Virus record (IMG/VR): IMGVR_UViG_3300049205_000027
Location: 1 to 39,527 of that record
Length of the DNA: 39,527 bases
Source of the DNA: a virus
Lineage: Duplodnaviria; Caudoviricetes
Strand: one strand, 5' to 3'
The translations under genes and the position numbers were made by a program. A model generated the notes under the pieces. That model was not told where the DNA came from, made no database searches, and saw only the letters and a list, made by a program, of their open reading frames with translations. Of the stretch, positions 33,913-39,527 are shown piece by piece (position 1 is the stretch's first letter; every line of letters starts with the position of its first letter).

Positions 33913-34421
33913 GCGAGCAGGGACCTAGCGCCGAGAAGGACGCGGGTCTGCGTGACCGAATCCGACAGGTCGCCGACGCCTACCAGCGCTCATGGCAGCG
34001 CACTCCAGGGGCATCCACGCTCGACACGGACGTGGCTCAGATGCTCCGGAACCTTCTCATTGAGAACCACCCCGCATGGAGCGAGCGCCGCGCCGAGAAC
34101 GACGGAGGTCTGACCGATGAGCAGCGGGAGTGGCTGGACAGCGACAACGGCGCCTACTACTACTCGCTCGACCGAACCGGCGTCCCTGCAATCGACCGCA
34201 TCCTGTCCGCGATCTGCTACGCGGGCAAGGCGTTCCACAACACGAGCGAGTGGAACGAGACGAACACGTGGGACTACGGACCGATCAAGGCGGGCATGTC
34301 GCCCATTGACCTGATTCAAGCCGCAGCCGATGAGGCTGCCCGCGTCCTTCCGCCCGCTGTCACCCGCCCCACCGACGCCACCAACGGCGCGGGCGTGGGG
34401 ACGGGAGTGGGCGATGAGTGA
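33909..34421 (+). CDS. Hypothetical protein
   Basis: 170 aa; GGAGG RBS; AYYY...TGV..ID.ILSA...AGKAFH. Confidence 0.7.
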   Translation: MSEQGPSAEKDAGLRDRIRQVADAYQRSWQRTPGASTLDTDVAQMLRNLLIENHPAWSERRAENDGGLTDEQREWLDSDNGAYYYSLDRTGVPAIDRILSAICYAGKAFHNTSEWNETNTWDYGPIKAGMSPIDLIQAAADEAARVLPPAVTRPTDATNGAGVGTGVGDE

Positions 34422-34740
34422 GCGGGATGAGTACCTCAAGTACGCCGAGGACCTCACACAGTACGCGCGGTACGACTGGGTCGCGTTCGGCAAGTGGAAC
34501 CGCCTGCACAACCCCGTCGAGTTCACGCCCGACACATGGGAATGGAACTACAGCGACGTGCGGACGGCTTGCGGCCTGCGCCGTGAGCGCGCGTACATTC
34601 CCGGGATCTTCACTCGGATGGGCGCCGAACGATGCGCACACTGCTGCGATCGGTCCGGCTACCCGCGCGGCAAGGGTTCGCCGAAGAACGATGACACCTG
34701 CCGCGCGCTGCTGGGGCTCTCAACCGAGGACCGCCCATGA
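34414..34740 (+). CDS. Hypothetical protein with Zn-binding motif
   Basis: RLH...TACG...RCAHC; GGGAG RBS. Confidence 0.65.
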   Translation: MSERDEYLKYAEDLTQYARYDWVAFGKWNRLHNPVEFTPDTWEWNYSDVRTACGLRRERAYIPGIFTRMGAERCAHCCDRSGYPRGKGSPKNDDTCRALLGLSTEDRP

Positions 34741-34813
34741 CCGCCGCGCCGTGCCCGAGCTGCCCGTTCGCGGGATGCCGCTGCGAATGGCAGAACGACC
34801 GAGAGGGAAACCA

Positions 34814-35002
34814 GTGACCCGCCAAAACCGCACGATCTGGTCTCGCCCAGATAAGCCGAGCGTGAGTCTCGGATCATCTGGCCCGGTGCGCGTTGACCAA
34901 TCGACACCGGACCCCGACTTCAAGCCGCGACCCGTGGGCTTCACTGCCACGCTCGAGCCCGCCGAACAAGCCCCGCTGGTCTGGGACGGAGACGACGCAT
35001 GA
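34814..35002 (+). CDS. Hypothetical protein
   Basis: 62 aa; GAGGG RBS; ATGA overlap with the next gene. Confidence 0.5.
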   Translation: MTRQNRTIWSRPDKPSVSLGSSGPVRVDQSTPDPDFKPRPVGFTATLEPAEQAPLVWDGDDA

Positions 35003-35634
35003 CCTACGCCGACATCCACACCATCGTCCGCCAACTCTGCGACTGGCACACCCACCGACAGCCCTACGTACACACCGCAGACGGCACCACCTGGGAAACC
35101 GCACACATCACCCAAGTGCCGCCACTCATCACCCAACTCGCCGAAGCCAACCCCGCATCCACAGGTGCCGGCGCAGGCAAACCAGCATCACGCCCAGCCG
35201 CCAACATCGAAGCCCTCGACACGCTGATCCACATCGACCTAGCCGCCGCGAGGTGGGTGCGCGACCTCGGCGAAGACGACCATGGCGACACCATCGCCTG
35301 TGTGCGGAAGGTGTACTCGTTGGCGGCGTCGGCGCACTATTGCGGCCGAACCAAGGCCGTCATCGAGGACCGCAAAGTGGTGTGCTGCACCGTCCACAGC
35401 ATCGAACGCGACATCCGCCACTGGTGGACCCAAGCAAGGATCGTCAGTGGTTGGGACACGGCGGCGTGGGCACCCAACAACACCTGCCCCATGTGCGGCG
35501 AACGACGCACCCTCCGCATCCGGCCCGACGACCAAACCGGCATGTGCACCGGCTGCCGCGAAACCTGGGACGCAACCAACATCGGGTTGTTGGCCGAACA
35601 CGTGAGGCTCGAGAACGGAGACGAAGTAGCGTGA
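34999..35634 (+). CDS. Zinc-ribbon protein at end of early region (candidate late regulator)
   Basis: SRPAA.IEALD, C-terminal CPMCG...C.GC...W; position just before the late promoter. Confidence 0.65.
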   Translation: MTYADIHTIVRQLCDWHTHRQPYVHTADGTTWETAHITQVPPLITQLAEANPASTGAGAGKPASRPAANIEALDTLIHIDLAAARWVRDLGEDDHGDTIACVRKVYSLAASAHYCGRTKAVIEDRKVVCCTVHSIERDIRHWWTQARIVSGWDTAAWAPNNTCPMCGERRTLRIRPDDQTGMCTGCRETWDATNIGLLAEHVRLENGDEVA

Positions 35635-35639
35635 GTTCC

Positions 35640-35984
35640 ATGAGCGAGTCCGCGGAATGGCTGGCGAAACACAAGGGGCGCCACCTCCGAACAGTCGGCT
35701 ACATCTGGCAATGCGGCGACGACGACTGCGAATGCGAACAAGCGCAAGTAGTCGACTACTTCGAGAACAAGGCCAACCACCGCTGGCGCGTGCCCATCAC
35801 CGTTTGGGAGGGAACGTTCACCACGCGCGAAGGCCGCTACGACGGCGGCCCCAGCCCGGACGCCGAACTCGCCGAGTATCGCCGCGCTCTGCGAATCACC
35901 GACCCCGAACGCGAGGCGTCGATCGAGTGGCAACAAGGCGTCAACTACGGCCAAGCACAAGCCGGCCGGAAAGTCGAGTCTTGA
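35640..35984 (+). CDS. Hypothetical protein
   Basis: MSESAEWLAK...; IWQCGDDDCEC; alternative GTG start at 35631. Confidence 0.65.
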   Translation: MSESAEWLAKHKGRHLRTVGYIWQCGDDDCECEQAQVVDYFENKANHRWRVPITVWEGTFTTREGRYDGGPSPDAELAEYRRALRITDPEREASIEWQQGVNYGQAQAGRKVES

Positions 35985-35998
35985 CTTTCACAACCCAC

Positions 35999-36027
35999 TT
36001 GCACTAAACGCGCGCGACCCCTACAAT
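35999..36027 (+). promoter_or_regulatory. SigA-like promoter (candidate late promoter)
   Basis: TTGCAC-17 nt-TACAAT in an intergenic region. Confidence 0.7.
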
Positions 36028-36068
36028 CGACCCTGACATCTTCTGCATGCCCAAACGGTGTCTTTGCT

Positions 36069-36099
36069 CCCCGGCGTCGTCCGCGACTGCCGGGGTTTT
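36069..36099 (+). terminator. Intrinsic terminator about 35-65 nt after the promoter
   Basis: CCCCGGC-GTCG tccg CGAC-T-GCCGGGG followed by TTTTG. Confidence 0.7.
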
Positions 36100-36119
36100 G
36101 CATACCCGGAGGTGATCCC

Positions 36120-36281
36120 GTGGCAGTAGTCACCATCACCCAGCACTGGCCCGACGAAGGCGGCCTCACCAGCGTCGAAATCGACTTCGACGACAGCTAC
36201 CCCGACGCCATGTCCCGCGCAGTCGACGAAGCCTTGCGCGCCTGGCTCACGGCAACCGGCGCCGACACAGACGAAATCTGA
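36120..36281 (+). CDS. Small acidic protein (53 aa, not in ORF track)
   Basis: GGAGGT RBS; MAVVTITQHWPDEGGLTSVEIDFDDSYPDAMSRAVDEAL... Confidence 0.65.
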   Translation: MAVVTITQHWPDEGGLTSVEIDFDDSYPDAMSRAVDEALRAWLTATGADTDEI

Positions 36282-36345
36282 ACCAGCAACACCCCATCGC
36301 CAAGCCGCACCACGCAAGTCGGGCGGCCCACACGAGGAGTTAGCA

Positions 36346-36594
36346 ATGGCACTAGCCGACCGCGTCACCAAACCCGCACCAGTCGCACAACACGGCCTCC
36401 CCTGCTCCATCGGATCACTCATCGACCAGCTCGACGGCGCCGAACTCGCCGCGTTGAACACGATGCTGTATGACCTCGGCTGGAACGCCGGCCAGGTCTA
36501 CGACGCGTTGCGCGACGAGGGTTACACCGTCGGCCGGCAGAGCATTAACCGGCACCGTGGGCAGAAGTGCCGTTGCTTCAAGGCCGCCGCATGA
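36346..36594 (+). CDS. Hypothetical protein (C...RHR..CRC, HTH/Zn-like)
   Basis: 82 aa; GAGGAG RBS. Confidence 0.75.
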   Translation: MALADRVTKPAPVAQHGLPCSIGSLIDQLDGAELAALNTMLYDLGWNAGQVYDALRDEGYTVGRQSINRHRGQKCRCFKAAA

Positions 36595-36743
36595 GTGCGC
36601 AGTTCCCGCGCGTTCAGGGCGAGTGCCCCTCGTGCGGCAGCGATGCGCTGTTCCTTGGTGAAGACGGGTTCGTGACATGCGCTCGTCTCTGGTGTGAATC
36701 CCCGTGGGCAGCGTCCGAATCTCTCGGCGTGGTGTTCGCGTGA
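36591..36743 (+). CDS. Small zinc-finger protein (50 aa, not in ORF track)
   Basis: VQGECPSCG..LFLG..G.VTC...C; coupled at both ends. Confidence 0.55.
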   Translation: MSAQFPRVQGECPSCGSDALFLGEDGFVTCARLWCESPWAASESLGVVFA

Positions 36744-37546
36744 CGCTCGCCGCGCGTGTTGAGTCCGCGCAGGCCATCGCCAAGCGTTCCGAGCTCAAGA
36801 TCCTGGTGTACGACATCGAGCGGATGAAGGGGTCCGCGTCGATCGAGTTCTGGTCCCTCTCAGACTTCAAGAACCGCCGCATCCACGCCGACGACGTCAC
36901 CGCATGGCCCCGCACCATCTGCGTTGCATGGCGGTTCCTCGGCGACAAGAAGACGCAGTTCGCATCCGAATGGGGCGACGGCCACGAAGGCATGCACCGC
37001 CGCATCTGGGACGCGTTCAACGAGGCCGACATCACAGTCGGGCACAACTCGAAGTCGTTTGATGAGAAGCACCTGAACACCGGTTGGCGCGACCTCGGCC
37101 TGACGCCGCCGAAGCCGTCCAAGCCGATCGACACGCTCACGTCGGCACGCGCGCGGTTCGGTGACGAATCCAAGACGCTCGACGCCCTCTGCCACCGCCT
37201 CGGCCTCGCCGGCAAGAGCGACCGGTACGACGTCGAAGTCGCACGCGCCGCGCTCGCGGGCGACAAGGCCGCGCAACGACGCATCCGCGCATACAACGAG
37301 GGCGACATCGACGCCACAGAGGCGCTCTACGTGACGCTCCTGCCGTGGATCAAGGGCCACCCACACGTCGCCCCCGACGCCGCAACAGACACCAACCTCT
37401 GCCCACGGTGCGCGTCCCCCGACGTGCGCCGCAACGGCACATGGACAGTCGCCGTCAACACGTACCTCGCGTACACGTGCGACTCATGCGGCGGCCACTG
37501 GAAGACCACGTTCGTGTCGCGCGGCCCCTCGGTGCGTGCGCTGTGA
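36740..37546 (+). CDS. DEDDy / RNase H-like 3'-5' exonuclease with C-terminal zinc ribbon
   Basis: ExoI YDIE, ExoII GHNSKSFD, ExoIII YNEGD; CPRC...CDSC. Confidence 0.85.
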   Translation: MTLAARVESAQAIAKRSELKILVYDIERMKGSASIEFWSLSDFKNRRIHADDVTAWPRTICVAWRFLGDKKTQFASEWGDGHEGMHRRIWDAFNEADITVGHNSKSFDEKHLNTGWRDLGLTPPKPSKPIDTLTSARARFGDESKTLDALCHRLGLAGKSDRYDVEVARAALAGDKAAQRRIRAYNEGDIDATEALYVTLLPWIKGHPHVAPDAATDTNLCPRCASPDVRRNGTWTVAVNTYLAYTCDSCGGHWKTTFVSRGPSVRAL

Positions 37547-37749
37547 ACGATGCCGTCAACCATCCCAGTCACTACACGTGGCTCGGTGGCATCGAGGTCA
37601 TCCAGGTCACCGAACACCTCGGGTTCTGCCTCGGCAATGTCGTCAAGTACGTGTTGCGGGCGGACCACAAAGGGAAGCCCGTTGAGGATCTCGAGAAGGC
37701 CCGCTGGTACCTCGACCGCGAGATCGCACGACGCAAGGACAGTGCCTGA
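37543..37749 (+). CDS. DUF3310 (T7 gp1.7-like nucleotide kinase) family protein
   Basis: D.VNHPSHY, GIE.I, FCLGNVVKY..R...KG...EDL.KA.WYL. Confidence 0.88.
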   Translation: MNDAVNHPSHYTWLGGIEVIQVTEHLGFCLGNVVKYVLRADHKGKPVEDLEKARWYLDREIARRKDSA

Positions 37750-37787
37750 CCCGAGCTGCCCACTCTGCGGCGAATACCCGTGGAGAT

Positions 37788-38039
37788 GTGGCTGCTCCCT
37801 ATGACTTGCCCCGACCGCGGCCCGCACACCATTGCCCGGAGCGATTGAGCCGGAGAGTCGGGGCAGAACCTCATCGGAGGTGCGTTGTGCATGGCGAGAA
37901 CGGCACACCCATCACGCCCGACTGGATCCCTGAATCCAGAGACGGCAGCAGCGTAAGGCCACAGCTAAGGCCCAGCCTCAGTGAAGCCCTGCGGTTGTGG
38001 GACCAAGACTGGGCCCACTGGGACGGCGACGACTCATGA
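37788..38039 (+). CDS. Hypothetical protein
   Basis: 83 aa ORF with GGAG RBS; weak codon bias. Confidence 0.4.
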   Translation: MAAPYDLPRPRPAHHCPERLSRRVGAEPHRRCVVHGENGTPITPDWIPESRDGSSVRPQLRPSLSEALRLWDQDWAHWDGDDS

Positions 38040-38209
38040 CCGACAGCCCATGCGTCACCGTCCGCGACATGCTCACCGACCTCCTGTATGCGCGCTGCCA
38101 CGAAGCCATGCGCATGCCCCAAGTCGTCGGCAACGAAACCTATGTCACGCCCTGGGACAAAGCGCACACAGCCATCAACGAACTACTCGACACACTCGTC
38201 GGGCGCTGA
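38036..38209 (+). CDS. Hypothetical protein
   Basis: 57 aa; coupled at both ends. Confidence 0.55.
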   Translation: MTDSPCVTVRDMLTDLLYARCHEAMRMPQVVGNETYVTPWDKAHTAINELLDTLVGR

Positions 38210-38493
38210 TGGCCTGGGACCGCCCCAAACAAAGCAGCACCGCACGCGGATACGGCGCGGCACACCAACGCGAACGCAAACGCTGGGCCATCATCGTCAA
38301 CCGCGGCGAAGCAACCTGCTGCCTCTGCGGCAAGCCCATCACGCCCGGAACCAAGTGGCACCTCGACCACACCCCCGACCGCACCGCATACCGCGGAGTC
38401 GCCTGCGCAACCTGCAACATCCGCGACGGCGCCAAACGAGGCAACGCGAAATCGCGCGGCCTGAACACCCAGCCACGCCGCTGGATTCTGTGA
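38209..38493 (+). CDS. HNH endonuclease (terminase/cos-associated type)
   Basis: RGYG..HQR.R..W, CCLCG.PI, WHLDH, C.TCN; near the genome end. Confidence 0.85.
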   Translation: MAWDRPKQSSTARGYGAAHQRERKRWAIIVNRGEATCCLCGKPITPGTKWHLDHTPDRTAYRGVACATCNIRDGAKRGNAKSRGLNTQPRRWIL

Positions 38494-38521
38494 AACATCC
38501 TCCGACTGATCCTCGGAGGTA

Positions 38522-38567
38522 GGAAGGCCCGCATCCCTAGGTGCGGGCCTTCCGCATTCCTAGGGAG
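38522..38567 (+). promoter_or_regulatory. Structured leader with alternative hairpins over the RBS of the last HNH gene
   Basis: Stem A GGAAGGCCCGCA/TGCGGGCCTTCC (38522-38553); stem B TCCCTAGG-TGCGG/CCGCA-TT-CCTAGGGA (38534-38566) covers AGGGAG. Confidence 0.55.
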
Positions 38568-38572
38568 ATTTG

Positions 38573-39527
38573 ATGCTCTGCATTGTCTGTAGTGGTCCGC
38601 TACCCCCACGTAAGCCGGGTCCGGGCAGGCCGCGGAAGTACTGCGATGGTTGCCGCCCTAGGCGTGAGCGAGACTTTCGCAAGTTGGGGCCCAAGTGCGC
38701 CGGCTGCGGTGAGCCAATGTGGCGCAACAAGCGCACGCTGCCCGAGGGACAGGCCCGCTGCCACAACTGCAGGAGGGCGTCCCGCCCTGACGGCAAGTCG
38801 AGTCAGCGGAACCAATGCGCAGACTGTGGCACACCGGCCTACGGCCAGCGGTGCAGGAAGTGCGCTGACATTGCTCAGCGCAACGGCAAGACATCGGACG
38901 AACTGCTCGAGGTCAAGCGCGAGCTCCGCCGCCGCCGAGCCGCACGCGACCGCCTAGCTCCTGGCCTAACGACCACACAACGCAGACACCTTCGAGCCAA
39001 GTGGATCAGGCAGCGCAAGACGTGCGCATACTGCCCAGCCCCAGCAACGCAGGTGGACCACATCGTCCCCCTCGCCATCGGCGGGACCAACTACATTGGG
39101 AACCTCGCCCCGGCCTGTGCTGACTGCAATAGGGCCAAGGGTGAGAACCTGCTCATCGAATGGCGCGCCGGAAAGAAGGCGCGACGCATGCGGTGGGATG
39201 TGCCGACGGCGCCACGACCCAAGGCAGAGAAGCAGCCCCCGCCTGCGATGTGCAAGGTCTACTCGCCAACGTGTGACCACTGCGGCCACGTGTTCACCGC
39301 TAGGACAAGAGCGAAGCGGTTCTGTTCGGAACGGTGCATGCGCCGACTGCCCGACGCCCACCAATGCGCTGACTGCGACGTCACCATCCCGCGTAGTCGT
39401 ACGAAGTGTGACCGCTGCGTGGCTGTCACTAAGCGGATTAGGAAGCGGAACCAGAAGCGCCGGCAGGCTGCTCGGCGGCGCGCGCTACAGGCTGCATACC
39501 CCCCGGGTGGGGGGCTCGCCGCAGTGG
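38573..39527 (+). CDS. Multi-zinc-finger HNH endonuclease (open to the window end; not in ORF track)
   Basis: Manual translation MLCIVCSGPLPPRKPGPGRPRKYCDGC...CAYC...VDHIVPLAIGGTN...NLAPACADCNRAKG...; no stop before 39527; continues to TGA 60-62 if circular (338 aa). Confidence 0.88.
   Translation, partial: MLCIVCSGPLPPRKPGPGRPRKYCDGCRPRRERDFRKLGPKCAGCGEPMWRNKRTLPEGQARCHNCRRASRPDGKSSQRNQCADCGTPAYGQRCRKCADIAQRNGKTSDELLEVKRELRRRRAARDRLAPGLTTTQRRHLRAKWIRQRKTCAYCPAPATQVDHIVPLAIGGTNYIGNLAPACADCNRAKGENLLIEWRAGKKARRMRWDVPTAPRPKAEKQPPPAMCKVYSPTCDHCGHVFTARTRAKRFCSERCMRRLPDAHQCADCDVTIPRSRTKCDRCVAVTKRIRKRNQKRRQAARRRALQAAYPPGGGLAAV

Larger units (their letters stand above)
1..39527. mobile_element. Complete or near-complete temperate actinobacteriophage genome (siphovirus, HK97-like head), extracellular/attP form
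   Basis: Full module set from terS to the terminal HNH; intact attP in the middle; no host genes; the last ORF continues in frame across the end-to-start junction and stops at 60-62. Confidence 0.93.

Overview
The window looks like an essentially complete ~39.5 kb genome of a GC-rich temperate siphovirus of an actinobacterial host. Host assignment rests on the WhiB gene, leaderless promoters and actinophage-style genes; the exact host cannot be determined from sequence alone. Left arm (+): terminase, portal, HK97 protease and capsid, then an inserted SAM-methyltransferase + GT-A glycosyltransferase pair, neck/tail genes with a canonical GGGAAAA -1 frameshift, tape measure and LamG-containing tail proteins. 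The lysis region is split: a GDPD-like enzyme and an M15-like peptidase endolysin are separated from the holin by a three-gene fibre-like module. Centre: a leftward secreted protein, a tyrosine integrase, an attP matching a tmRNA-type 3' end, an unannotated ribbon-helix-helix gene, a divergent repressor/Cro pair with CATGCATGCATG operators, and xis. Right arm (+): many small early genes, a Mom-like and a C5 DNA-modification enzyme, a YqaJ exonuclease plus partner, RusA, WhiB, a split replication initiator, a promoter-terminator pair preceding the late genes, a DEDD exonuclease, DUF3310 and two HNH genes. The last HNH ORF is open to the window end and, if the ends are joined, stops exactly in an ATGA overlap with terS. 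All product calls come from motifs and synteny read by eye; no database search was run.
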